NCBI GenBank assembly: GCA_002104905.1
Contig: MCFE01000049.1
Location: 132,272 to 196,271 of the forward strand
DNA: 64,000 bases
Direction of reading: 5' to 3'
Source: Basidiobolus meristosporus CBS 931.73
Taxonomy: Eukaryota > Fungi > Basidiobolomycota
A program made the position numbers and the translations under genes. Below are positions 48,697-60,946 of the stretch, in pieces; the first letter of the stretch is position 1; the number at the start of each line of letters is the position of its first letter. A model generated the notes under the pieces. The model ran no database searches. It worked only from the letters and a program-made list of their open reading frames with translations, and was not told where the DNA came from.

Positions 48697-49506
48697 TCAA
48701 GGTACCCACCTGGTTTTTGATGACTGGAAAGAAGCCCGGTCAGTTGAGCCGTGAGGAAGGGCCAGTGACAGATAATTACCCTCTATGGCCTTGTTTAGGG
48801 TTTGCTCAAGCTCTTTGATAGTCAACTCCACTTCGGTCGCGTACTGTGCGGTGTACTCTTTGTCCTTCAGGTTGGAGTACATCTGGTTCAAGGTCTTGAT
48901 ATCCTCGCACACCTGCTTCCGAAGCTCTAGAACTAATAGGAAACGCAGGTTGGGGTGAGAAGAGGCAGGAAATTGCACGGAAAATGGGGACTACCTTGAA
49001 GGCACGAGGAGAGATTGTTGATGTCGGCGTTCATCAAAGTATCCGAATCACAACCCTCACCACTGCGAGATTTCGTGAGATGCTCGAGGGAGCGTTTCCG
49101 GATCATATCATCCGAGGTTTTGTGGAGCAAGACTGGGTCGAGGAATCTCGTGAGTGGCCTGAATCATGGGGGAGGGGGGGGGGTGAAAACCATCGACTTA
49201 CCATTGACATGACACGAAATATCGATGAACTCTTGAACGTTGTCACACAGTCTGTTCGTCATGAGACTAGATGCTACGAGGGCTGCTATGAACGAAAGAT
49301 AACTTTAAAGGGGATAACGAAATAGGAAAATGGGAACGAAAGATGGCGAGAGGGTGGAAGGCGATTGGAATCCACAATAAAAGGGAACAATTCGAATGAA
49401 AATATCAGAATCACCCACTTGGCAGACAAATACCATCCAGAAGAGGAGCAATAAATTGCCTTTTGATCAAGATGATTTCTTGGAACCTCAACCTTATTGG
49501 TAAATC
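48697..49506 (-). CDS. Uncharacterised helical coding exons upstream of the PX core (N-terminal extension or a separate tight tandem gene)
   Basis: Exons 49506-49419, 49285-49202, 49132-48995 and 48932-48711 splice in frame via GT-AG introns to give DLPIRLRFQEIIL...LCDNVQEFIDISCHVNVLLHK...VLELRKQVCEDIKTLNQMY...IKELEQTLNKAI. Start codon not located. Confidence 0.6.
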
Positions 49507-50825
49507 CTACAATAAGTTTAATTTCCTCTGCACATCGAAATCCGCACAAATGGAGGTTCATGCGTGCGGCCGATTGATAAACAGATGAATCATCGTTCAT
49601 TTGTCGTAGGCGCGCCTCAACAACAAATAATGGCTTCAGATTGCGTTGGAGACAAAGGGGTTTGTTGTGGGCGAAGCGAAGAAACCATGGAGTTCGTGGC
49701 AAATACAGAGCAAGGCGTTCCATTTTCCGAATCAGTCAGATGACAGATACACGTCTCATCCGCACTAACATTAAATACAGCGCTGCCAAGAAAGGCCGGT
49801 GGTTAACGTAGTATTGTGGCCCTGTCCCGTACCCAGCCTCCCTCCAGCCCCGATTTGCCGACCAGAACGCCAAGATCCTTTCCTCCATCGAAGGGCCTAC
49901 TGGCTGCAGGCCTCGCCTGATGCGCTTCGCTCACCTGGCGTTATCTGCTCTTACCATCAAGCCCATCTAGATGCTGACGATTGGCTTGTGAAAGGTGGGA
50001 CAGATTCTTTCCAGAGAGGTTCCCGCCCTGCCCGAGCCAATCACAGCTGCCAGTCCAGTTGGTGAGCTCGCCCTCTCATCGTGATACTCGGTACACGCTC
50101 TCGAGAATCCCACCCGCGCTGATTGTATGTCCAACCTGCTTGGTGGCCACTCTTGCGTCAATCCTCTACCAGCGCTGGTATCCGATGCGATGCACATGTC
50201 ACCCTTGCACAGAGGTCATACTAGTCTTTGGATGATGTCCATTTCCAAGTGCGGTAGATCCCAGTGGAGTTGACTCGGACGGTGAGCTAGTGAGCCTGAG
50301 CATTGGCCAAGTTTCAACCCGTCTAGGTCCAGCCTGGCCATGTGACGGCTGGCGGTGTCTGTCGGTCTGCTTTAACTGGGTGATGTGGGAGCCGACGGCA
50401 GTTGAATCAGCACTCGGTGCGTGGCTTCCGCTACATTCATTTGCTAGTGCTCCCCAGGGCAATGCACTCGTTACTCAGATGCAACTGTCCTCTGATTATT
50501 AGGGCCGCTAGCCGCCATCAATTAGATCTGCCGAAGACATGTTGGTAGACAGCCGCAAGGGCAGTGACAATACAAACACGACCGTCCATATCCCGTGTGT
50601 ATACTCAGCTGGACATTGCGCACACATGAAAAGAAGTCTCGTGCATCGGGACAGTTTCAAATTCAAGCGAGAGGCAACATCTGGTTAGTGTCCATGATGC
50701 AGCAACGGCGAGCCCAGGGCATGATTTTGGCCCTCGGTGGCTTTATTTTCCTAGACTTCGATCTGCCATTGGCCCTGCGTCAAGTCACCTGCCCCTCGTT
50801 GGAGGAAGCAGTATTGTTTAGACTT

Positions 50826-50833
50826 TATAAAAG
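50826..50833 (+). promoter_or_regulatory. TATA box of the STF2-like gene
   Basis: TATAAAAG about 75 bp upstream of the ATG at 50901. Confidence 0.6.
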
Positions 50834-50900
50834 CCCGGCCGTTACGATCACACCAGCTCCAGTTTGCCTCTGCCGCACCTACTCTTTACCAGTTATTATC

Positions 50901-51238
50901 ATGACTAGAACCAAATCCAGCACCTCTTTTGCCGCCCTAACCGGAGAGCGCCACTTCAATAGGTATTCTTGGGCGATGTGGATTTCATGAATGCTCTCGT
51001 TCTCATTGTTTTCAGATCAGGGTACCAAGACCCTAGGGGGCTTCCAAAGAAAGAGGGAGCTGGCGGCTACAATTGGGGCCGCCCCACCGACGAGATTGCT
51101 GCCATAGGAGACCTAGACGCATTCGCGAATTCGTACCCCTGGGAGGAATATGATGAGCAGCCGACCAGAAGACGCTCTTCCGAGGCGAAAATCAACACCA
51201 TGGATTCCAAGGTGTTCGAAAGCCTTCACGGCCACTAG
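50901..51238 (+). CDS. STF2: Small Stf2/Tma10-like protein (HABP4/PAI-RBP1-type motif), exons 50901-50962 and 51016-51238
   Basis: Spliced product MTRTKSSTSFAALTGERHFNRSGYQDPRGLPKKEGAGGYNWGRPTDEI...RRRSSEAKINT; the MTRT start and KK.G.G..NWG.P.DEI signature match yeast Stf2/Tma10. Confidence 0.8.
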
Positions 51239-51426
51239 GCCGAGCATGGCTTTTGATTTGTCTAAATGTTAAATTCCCCTGTACATTCCCCTCCCCAACC
51301 ACCGATCAGATCTTGAGCATGTTCACATTTGAAGTGCAATATTGGATATGAGCCATACTTATCTGCCGTCCTCAATAAACTGCTCCGAAGCGACCAGCTT
51401 CTGAAGCAAACCCAGCCAGCCTCCCC

Positions 51427-51768
51427 ATGTCTCTTGGCCATCCTGAAGCAGCGCTGTTGGCCACGAGCATTCATATCATCACCACTGGCCACCAAGCCTC
51501 CCAGTATCTCTTCGCACACACTCACCACACTCAACTGTGCAACCCGATTAGGAAAATCGACTCAGGAAGCTCCTCGGGTGACGTTGAAACCTCTCCTGTC
51601 AGCCAATCACACGGCAACATCAACTCACACGACTACGACCATGAGAATCGCATCGTCACGATCACGAATGCTATGGCACAATGGCTCGCTTGCATTTGTA
51701 ATCTAGCACGGGTCGGAGGGGCTCTGATGGCCACCGCCCGGTGTACCTTCGAGAGCCAGTGGGAATGA
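51427..51768 (+). CDS. Possible orphan small protein (113 aa)
   Basis: ATG-initiated ORF with many C-ending codons, like the neighbouring genes, followed by a TATATA-rich 3' region. No recognisable motif. Confidence 0.3.
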   Translation: MSLGHPEAALLATSIHIITTGHQASQYLFAHTHHTQLCNPIRKIDSGSSSGDVETSPVSQSHGNINSHDYDHENRIVTITNAMAQWLACICNLARVGGALMATARCTFESQWE

Positions 51769-52060
51769 CCCCACCGGTTCCATGATGAGCAGGCATTTGG
51801 GAAAATTGGATATATATATTATAATTGAGGGAGGAGGGAGATATTTCAAGGAGCGCGTGTCAACCTGATCAGGCTGGCAGGTCCGAATCTATAGATGAGC
51901 TCTACAATTAAGAGTGAATATGACGGGATAAGTGAATACAAAAATGGATCAACTGAGGCTTGGCCATCCGGCGTAGAAGCATCGAGTAATAAAATAGAAA
52001 GGCAGCATGGTTGGTGGGGCGTGATGCAATGGGTGGTTGGGCCGGTCCTAGCATGGGTAT

Positions 52061-53685
52061 CTACGAGCGGACGCAGCGTCGGATATTCTCGACGATCTCG
52101 TTCTCCTCCTTGGGGCTGAACAGGAACGACGCGTGGTCCAGACCGGAAAACACCCGGCAATGAACATTCGTGTCGTTAAGATACTGCGCAACGGCCTTCG
52201 TCGGCACCAACAGGTCATTTTCCGACAGGTAGACAAAGGTCTTCTTCGGGATGCTCACGCGGTCGGTTAGCAGCAAGGAGTGGAACCAGACGAAATACCG
52301 GCTGATGAAGTTGCTGATGAACAGCTCCTTGGATGCGTAAAAATGCAGAAAGTGCTCTCGGGCGGTCTTTGGCACGCGGTAGACGAAGTTGTAGGCGACG
52401 GATGGGTAGAACAGCAGGAAGCATATCGGGTCGATGAAAAAGGCGCTTTTCACCCGTTTGCTGTGGTGATTCACCATCCAGGACACCACGATGGTGCCAA
52501 GAGAATGTCCAACGAAGCAGGCATTGTTGAACCCGTGTGCCTCCAGCATCATCTCTATTTCACGACCAAGCTCCTCCATCGATGGTGCCTCTTCAATAAA
52601 CCTCATGCTTACATAGGGTAGCTCTACCAGGAACACTGGTTGGCCTAGCTTGATCAACTTCCAGATGAACATCAAATAGCAGCCCAGACCGGCCCCAATC
52701 CCATGGATAAATACGATAGGCTTCGCCTTGGTGCTTCGCTGTCTCGAGCTCAGGCCGAACCAAGATTTCGCAGGGTCATAATACCAGTATGGCAAAGCAT
52801 ACTTCTTGCCGCCAAACTCCGCCTTCAAATCAAACTCCAGCGACTCTGACCAGAAACTGGCTTGCTTGCTTTCATCTTTGGTGAAGTTACGGAAACCAAG
52901 AAAGCTCAGTAGGAACTTGGAGGTGAAATCCACGGCGAACACGCACTAGACAAGGTGTTGCGGGGTGAGTACAGAGTTAAAAAGGGCTCTTTAGCCATCA
53001 GGTACGTACTGTATAAAAGATTAAGGGTCGGTGTATAGCATTCACCGGGTCTATGTTCAACCGAATGCATTTAGCTTTAGGGTTGTACCCAGGTGGGAAT
53101 TTGATACCCTTTTCGGCCTCAATTAGGTAGACCATTTCGTTGAGCTCCTGGACTATTTCGGGATCCTTAGCCAAGGTCTCGAACGAGGTTGTGAAGAAAA
53201 CCCAGCTCAACCTTTGGAATTGGGGCAAAGCCGTGTGAGTTACTCGGTTGACAGGACGTGAAGTGGTAGGCTTACCATGCGACTAGATTCTCTCGATATA
53301 TATCGGCCATCTTGGTTTTGTATTGGCCGTTGTCAAACCAGCTCTCCAGAAAGCTGTCCACATCGACAACCTGGCTCAAACAGCTTTTCAATAGCTCCAT
53401 ACGCTTGGTTTTGGGTAAACTAACGGGAGGTCTTATCTTCTGCAATCTGCTGCGAGTGGACAGAAACCAAAAGTAAAACAATATCTCGAAAGCAAACCAC
53501 CAGTGTATCAGTTGAACCAAATGCCCCGGTACGCCGGGTAGTAAAGGTAGTTCTTTAGGTGGGCTGATGCTACCTCTTGAGTATAAGCAGTATCCAAAGT
53601 ACAGGAACGAGGTTACTGTGACACTGGACAGTCCCACGACTGAGAGTCTGACTAGGAAGCGGGAAAGAGGAGAGTCGGGAAACAT
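52061..53685 (-). CDS. Alpha/beta-hydrolase-fold protein with N-terminal hydrophobic segments (exons 53685-53276, 53211-53010, 52945-52061)
   Basis: Exons splice in frame. Motifs PIVFIHGIGAG, nucleophile elbow FVGHSLGT, FIDPICFLL, LSENDLLVP and LDHASF (catalytic His). Confidence 0.88.
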
Positions 53686-55778
53686 GACGGAGATGGAGTA
53701 GTGGAGCAAAAATCGGATATTTCAAGAAAGGATTATATATTCACTGGCTGAGCAATAAATAATCCGGCGACTCAGCGAGGTAAAAACACCCAGGCTGTCT
53801 TAGGAAAAGTATGTACACGCACGTTTCGGTAGGAGATATAATCACTTTACCACCTGCGACAATCGCAACCAGATGTCTGTAAATGGCTTTCCTTTTGGTG
53901 TAGCTCGATCAAGGTTGGTGGGTGGGAGTCGTCCGATCACAAACACGAATGGCTGTGCTATCTATGCTGACAAGGAGGGAGGGAGGTAGGTGTTATATAT
54001 TGAAAACAAGTCGGATTAAAAGCTGCCACCGCTTACATCCAAGTGTATTTATACATCCGAACAGCCGATCAGCTCGGGCCAATCACCGTCGCCTGTGGGT
54101 ACACTGAAAAAAGAATATTTCAAACTCCTTTGTGTGCCATTAAATAAGTACAATACATATTGAGAGGAAGAGCTGGCCATCCATATCTAGAAAGAAGTCA
54201 CCTGGTTGGTTCACTGAGACCATTACCAAACATTGAGATGGCAACGCTCTTGAATGGAGCCATCACATCGTCAGCTACACGCAATGTTGGCATCAATGCA
54301 AAGGGCCATCAGCCCACCATATCAGCGCCTGCCGAGTGGGCCGATACACAGGACGTTGGGAGCAATCTGCAGTAACAAGAGCCTCAATCCCCTGTACCTT
54401 GCAGCGGGTATGTGTAACCCATCACCGATTGTAGCGAACACTTTCACGTGAAGACAGCATCTGAGGCACCTCATGAATACGCGGAGATTAGGCAGAGCAA
54501 AGCTGTATGGTGGCCAAGGTCAGGGTTTGATGTCGATTTCGGTAAAATTGATTTCCGGAAGGAACATGTTCGATCATAATCTGCTGCCAGATACAATCTA
54601 CGCAGAGGAAAGCAGCTTACATGTCTACACATGCTAAAAACAGTGCTGCACACTTTTCCATGGTCCCTCAGTTCTCCTGCCAATCAGTAGGTAGAGACAT
54701 GTGATTTCAAGGTAATTTGACCAAAATCAACCCCGCTCCATTGGCCAAGCTCCCAAGGAGACTCTCGATTGGAGGAGATGGTTGGTCTCAAATTGGATTA
54801 ATGTTACTTCACCATAGTTGAGGTTGTCAGACTCTGGACTAATCTATGAGCTCCTTCATTTGGGCTGACAGTGTGGCTCGATATATCAGGTGGGAGAGTA
54901 CGGTTTCGCTATCTAATGGCGGCCAGCCTCATCTGAAGCTTACTCAACATTGTTCCTTTATGTAGGCTGGTTGCTACATCTCGACAGGCCCCACCCGTCT
55001 CCAGGCCCAATTGTTGAGTGGCATTTGCCAAGCAGAACATAGGGTGCTCAGAGCTACCACAGGCTAGGTGTGATGATGCCGAGTCCAATGAGGCATGTAT
55101 GATTGTATCAATCGAATATAGCTCCTGATATGCGAGCAACTGCAGGCTAATCAGACGGATTAAACTCGTTTATTGTTGAGAGCGATTTGTCTGTCTAACT
55201 ATCGAATTGGCCTTTGGGGTCACTAAATTAAATGTCACGGTCATATGGCGCTCATTTGACTAGTCAGAGTCATGATATACATTGATTAGGAAATAGCCAG
55301 TGTGGCATCAGTGACCATCAATATCCGGTTTTTAGTATCCATCGTCTGCCAGCTGGGGCTTTGCCCACTAGTTGTGTAGTTGGTGGCCTGCCACTAAGAT
55401 GTCCACACTTGGCTCGTAGAGGCCCAGCGTTCCAAAGAACGGGATGCGAGCGCTTAGATTTCATTGGGATCGGCGTAGACATTGCTGGCCTTCTGCACAA
55501 GTGGAGACAATGTAGTCACGTGAATGGCATCATTTGGACGTTCTACAATTGATACGGATGCAACAATCCGGGTTGAAAGCATCTCAACACGAAGACAAGC
55601 ATGGCAGAGGCAAAGCCATGGAATTTCCATTTGGCGTTGATGCAGCAGACGCTTCTGTCCTCCGTATCTTGATTAGTATGACACCGCCATGAACACCACA
55701 GGATGAATGCAATATAACGGGAAATATTTATTTATTTCAATCATTCGGGGAGGTTTTTGTGGATCAATCTTCCCAGCA

Positions 55779-56822
55779 TTACTGCTGATCCAATTGAAGT
55801 TTCTCCAACAAAGCTTTAATCTGTGGCGCATTGACTTCCTCCTCAGTGGTGCTCGTGGGGTCATAGTAAGGGCGTTCGCCTAACACAGTTATACGCTCCC
55901 CATATCTTGGGTTGGGATAATAGTCAAAGGTAGCAGTGTGTTGGGTGCTACGGTTGTCCCAGATGGCTACCGAGTTGGGGGTCCATCTCCAGCGAACCTG
56001 GGCCTCGTGGGTGCGATGCAGATGGCTAAAAAGAAAGTTAAGAATAAGATCAGACTCGGCCGGGGAGAGTTCCTTAATGGCCCTGGTGAAGCCGGCGTTG
56101 ACAAATAGACCCTTTTGGTTTGTCAGTGGGTTTGTACGCACCAATGGGTGTTCCGTTTTGGTGGGGACTTCTCTTATGAGTGGCTTCCCAGTGAGCTCCG
56201 AAAGTTGGTTGAATACATCGCCGCTATGGATGCCAGTAAGCCTTTCGAGAAAAACTTTAAACTCCGGGCTTAGCTTGTCATAAAGCGCGTATGAGTTTGC
56301 CCACAGAGTATCTCCGCCAGTTGCAGGGACCTCTCTCAGGTGTAGAATAGAGTAAGAAGCTGGCCGCTCCTCAAATGAGATATCTGTATGCCAGGGATCT
56401 CTACGATACGCTGAGCGTAGCTGGTCATTAACACTTCCAGCTGCCGCTGGAATCAGAATTTCTGGATAAGAATCGGGAGCAGTGGTGAACGGATGAATAT
56501 GGAGTTCACCCAATCGTCGACCGAAGTTGACTTCTTCCTCTTGGCTAAATTCCTGGTTACGAAAGAACACAACTCCACGCACAGCGGCAAGCGCCAAGAG
56601 ATCCTCAAGCTGAGCATCTGTCAGTTTCGCCAACTGCAGTCCCTCAATTTCAGTTCCAATAGAGGGGGTAAGATCAGTGCGCTTGGTCGCTGCGTCAAGC
56701 AGATGTTTGTATTCTGGGTGGGCATTGAAGCCTTGGATGTATTTTGGATTGCGAAACTCGTCAATGGCATAGGCAGCATTGGTGTCTTTGGGCGCAGCAG
56801 TTTCATGCTTGGTGACAGTCAT
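55779..56822 (-). CDS. TauD/TfdA-family Fe(II)/2-oxoglutarate dioxygenase (taurine/sulfonate dioxygenase, Jlp1-like), intronless
   Basis: LTPSIGTEIEG, RGVVFFRNQ, WHTDISFE (HxD), GGDTLWAN, HPLVRTNP, AIWDNRSTQH. Confidence 0.95.
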   Translation of the reverse strand: MTVTKHETAAPKDTNAAYAIDEFRNPKYIQGFNAHPEYKHLLDAATKRTDLTPSIGTEIEGLQLAKLTDAQLEDLLALAAVRGVVFFRNQEFSQEEEVNFGRRLGELHIHPFTTAPDSYPEILIPAAAGSVNDQLRSAYRRDPWHTDISFEERPASYSILHLREVPATGGDTLWANSYALYDKLSPEFKVFLERLTGIHSGDVFNQLSELTGKPLIREVPTKTEHPLVRTNPLTNQKGLFVNAGFTRAIKELSPAESDLILNFLFSHLHRTHEAQVRWRWTPNSVAIWDNRSTQHTATFDYYPNPRYGERITVLGERPYYDPTSTTEEEVNAPQIKALLEKLQLDQQ

Positions 56823-57376
56823 GTTTTCAAAAGGTAGAGTGCAATATTAGTGTGTGAATGCAGTATTCACTGTAGACTCGGTAATTTATATGGTCGAGTT
56901 ATTAGAGGCAGGATGTCGCCATTCCTCCAAATCCTTTGACTATCGCACTGTACTGTTCCATCATTTTGTGACAATTCTCGCCATAGCTGAGCTAAATCGG
57001 TTAATCATATCACCGGAGGCCATGTTGTTGCATGATTGTGTGCGAAGCCGTGGTTTGGTCAAACTAAGTTAATGCTGAGAGTTTCCGAGCGGTCTAGCAG
57101 TTTCATTAGGTGATTATCGTGAAAATTGGTTAATAAGAAACCTGTTCCTATCTTGAATGGATGTATGTGAGATGAAAACTATCCATTGTCGTATTCACCA
57201 TGAATGCCGAGTTGTACCTTTCGAAGCGAGTCGCAGCTTTGTTTTCCTGATGTTTCTACAGTGGAAGCAGTTACAAAGATTGCAACTCATTAATCACAGC
57301 ATCCAACGTGGGAATGTAAATCGGCTCATTGGGTCAATAATAAATATAACAATCTTGTTGTCGCTGCTTGAGTGAT

Positions 57377-57394
57377 TTAGCCCTAACCCTAAGT
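57377..57394 (+). promoter_or_regulatory. Second copy of TTAGCCCTAACCCTAAGT (candidate Tbf1/telobox site)
   Basis: Identical to 30441-30458; lies about 550 bp upstream of the TauD gene. Confidence 0.45.
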
Positions 57395-57850
57395 TTCCAG
57401 ATGCCGAGGTTGCTGCTGTTATCTTTCTATTCAAGTAGAAATGACTCCTTGATAGTAGTTAGCAATAACGATATCCATATCAATCCGTAGCGACATGGTC
57501 GGTCGAATTTAATACAAGGCCATTGTTGTCTTGCTAATAGGACTAATAGTTTTACTTGTCACCTAACTGCAAACCAAAGCCTCAACAATATAACTTGGTG
57601 CTATGACTTCGCACTTCCTATCTTTAAAAATCAATTGAACTTGGATTATAGAGCTTTTCAATTCTTCAGAATTACGAAAGCATTGAAGTGATAAATATTT
57701 TCCAGAGCTATCAGGTACCACAAAAACAAAGCCACATCGCTTCGCATGGTATAAATGTATGACTACTCGACTCCGTAAACTTCTAAGTGAGAAGACAATA
57801 TTCCTGGATAGTATCTAATCACTTCAAAGCTCTAGTCATAACTATGTTGC

Positions 57851-58468
57851 TTGCAGGCCAGAGTAGTGACCAGAAACAATTGTTTCAAAGCCTGTAGCGC
57901 AAGACCACAGCTGAGGCATATTGACCAGAGTAGTGATGTAAATTGCCCCAGCTTCGTATCCCAAACGCTAGAGCTGTGGTCAGGTGCTTTATAATTCCAC
58001 GCCCTTGCAAGCATAGTATGGATCAGTTCATATTCAATAGAAATAGAAAATAATAACGGAAAGCTTCCGGAAAAGCAATTCCGGGTTCTAGGTAAAGTCT
58101 GGGATCTTTTGGACAGGATTGAATTTCTTGACAACTTCAAGGCCCAAGAAGCAGGGAAATCTATTAGGAGCTAGATTTTAAGGGAGTGCTCAGAGCATGG
58201 TAATTGGTTCTGTAGAAATCCTTATTACATGCTAGATCCAATGCTAAAACAAGCTAATGACAACATCTTGATGTCTGGCAAAGTAGAATTTGTTGTAAAC
58301 AAAGGGTCCTTATTCAAGGCCTACTTTGATGATACCACTATTACAGGTCTTTGTATTATCAACAAGCCATTGGTTTCGCATATACGTACCAAAAGTATCA
58401 ACCTCGTAATTTTGCATAAAGAGCCTACACTCAAGCAACATATATCTGAATACTTCCCTGTTTCCTAG
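57851..58468 (+). pseudogene. Decayed reading frame of unknown family
   Basis: About 206 codons in one frame with only two internal stops (TAA 57992, TAG 58172) in AT-rich DNA; includes track ORF 58229-58468. Confidence 0.35.
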
Positions 58469-59765
58469 CTGCCTGCTAAATTTGAATTATTACAAAATGT
58501 AAAGACCGTTACCTGCCTCTAAGCCTAACATTTCCTATCAGAAATCCGATAGACGCCCTCAAAATACCATGCAAAAGTTGGCAAAGTTCCAACCTAGATC
58601 AAACTTCGATTTTTTCAAAAACGAAGATTAGGGACTATATTTATGAACAACACTGCATGCAATATATAGGAAGTCATACACACTATGATTAGCCAAAGTA
58701 TGAAGCCTTACCGCTGACTCTGTGAAAAGTCATGAGCAATATGGATTCATGACTGTATATGGGGTGGAGAACCACTACAGGATTATACTGTAAAGGTACG
58801 GTGACTTCATAAAATCCAAAGAAAGTCTAATTATAAAATATCTGACTGGGATTATGCTTGTCACTAAACGGTTCTAGTAATCCATAATAACTTGGCTTTA
58901 TCTGTTTACAGCAAGTGTGGTATTTGGTCATGGACAATCGCCCCAAGCATGGAATCACCAAACATGGACCTCTTTGCAGTCTTTCCAACAGCGGAAAAGG
59001 TTTACAGTTGCAGTACACACATTAAGGCTATAGAGTAAACGTGCAATCCTTTTCGATATAGGATACAGGCGGGCATTAAATTTATAATATTTCGATTAGT
59101 AAACAGCATATCAGATGAGTAATTATTAAAAGCAAACGTGTTAAAAAATTCTGTGTTCAAGTACTAATAAAGAAACATGGACCAGCATGCAAATGCAACG
59201 AATCCATACATCTGGAATATCTGTTTAACCTCCAAACAAAAAAGGAAAATTGAAGATAGAATCCCGATTTTGTAATTCTAAAAATAACTGTGGGTGTCCA
59301 TCATATGTTATCCTAATGACAACACAGAGTACTCTTTTACTTTTCTATCCATCGTAGGATTGTGTCTCACAGCTTAGCGATTGGTCCCGTGACCCGGGAG
59401 CAGGAAGTAATATGAGACTGAGGTAATCAGGACAAAATGGCAGTTGCAATGAGAGCTCCACATAGGATGTAGTCAGGAGAATAGGAGGCGCTGAATACGT
59501 AGTCCCTGAGAACAATACCACAAATCAAGGTTTCACACATGGTGATAAATGATTCATGAAGAATTGGATAGAACAATTCCAAAGTGTATGCAAAACGATG
59601 TAAAAGCTATTTGTTCAAAATGTTGATCCGAAGAAGTGACGATTAGCTTAGTGGAAATGCGTAACGTACTTATACAATAAGGACCACAAATAATGCGGTC
59701 AAGAGTTCCCTTACAAGCAACACCGAGAAGCGCATATGTAAAATACATGCTGCCAAATGTAGATC

Positions 59766-60148
59766 ATGTTAAAGTATGCCAAAATTTCCGACAATCCTAA
59801 GTATACCCCACGGGCCGATGAAATGGAAGCAGAAATGGATAAGGCCTACAGAGAGTTTCTTGGCTACTACAGTGATGAAGGCCGTTCAAATGCCGGTGAG
59901 TACTTATCGGAAAAACCCGAATGTGTCATCAGAAACAACCCCGAGCTTGAGAAGAACTTTGCTCCGCTGACCTTTATTGGTGATGTACTCTTCTACATAC
60001 TACAATCACTGAACATGAAGCCACACCGCTAATCACTCCGGAATTATGGAAGCCTCACGTTCTCGGTGATATTGAAGTGTACGATATCTACTGTCAACAC
60101 CGTGAAATGGATAGGCCCAAGTCAATTGCCGAAATCGGTAGGATTTAG
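59766..60148 (+). pseudogene. Possible frameshifted gene remnant
   Basis: ORF 59766-60032 overlaps a second open frame (...TEHEATPLITPELWKPHVLGDIEVYDIYCQHREMDRPK..., stop at 60148) in a locally GC-richer island. Confidence 0.3.
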
Positions 60149-60946
60149 ATGGGAAGATAGATGCAAGTGTACTTGGTCTGCCTGATCCAGGACTGGAATC
60201 CATCCTAGGCTTGAGCATAGGAGGATCGGGTGTAGACGCATACAAACCAGGGGAGCTGAGCCATTGAAGCATGCTTTTCAGCCTTGTTTATTTAGAGTCG
60301 AGTTCAATTACTGAATACGAGCCCAATTGGGTATACTTACTAGAGGGTTTTAATGTGGTCTCCACTTAAAGCTACTACTGGATATATTGCAACATTCCTT
60401 CAATCTATCGAGGAATACATGGAGGTAGTAAAGTTGGAGAGGATAGAAACATCAGTTGGTAAAATCTGCTGCAAGTATTCAGTTTAGTACCCAATGCTTA
60501 TTTTGATGACAGTATTCTGTATTATGAAATCAATGTTCATAACTTGGACTAAATTCTTCATGATACTCGTGCCTTGCTGATGGAAAAAATGAAAGTGACC
60601 AAAATTTTGAAACATATTCAAATTCAATGCCACCTTTGACAAGATCTTTGTTGTGTATATATGTTGTATGTTGAGGAGATGGGTTCCAGGGAGCCAATGC
60701 TTTGCTAGGACATCGCAAATTTAGAGGATATGCTCGTATCGTGTTTGCTGATATATGAGAACTAATTAAACTTCAAAATGATTCCAAACTGCATTCATTC
60801 ATTGGTGGCATAGAGTGCGCTTAAGATAGGGTATATCATTTAACGTGACATCTTGCGATCAATTGATAGTATTGAAGGATTTGGTGCATGGGGAGCAAAG
60901 TAAGCAAGGAGATAGTTATGGCTCTATGCATCTGAAAAAGTATTCC

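Noticed and set aside
47780-49185. Poly-G runs (~47782-47797, ~49168-49183) as G-quadruplex elements
   Set aside because: They are single homopolymer tracts in a 3' intergenic region and an intron (a pyrimidine tract on the coding strand); no evidence of function and prone to sequencing error.
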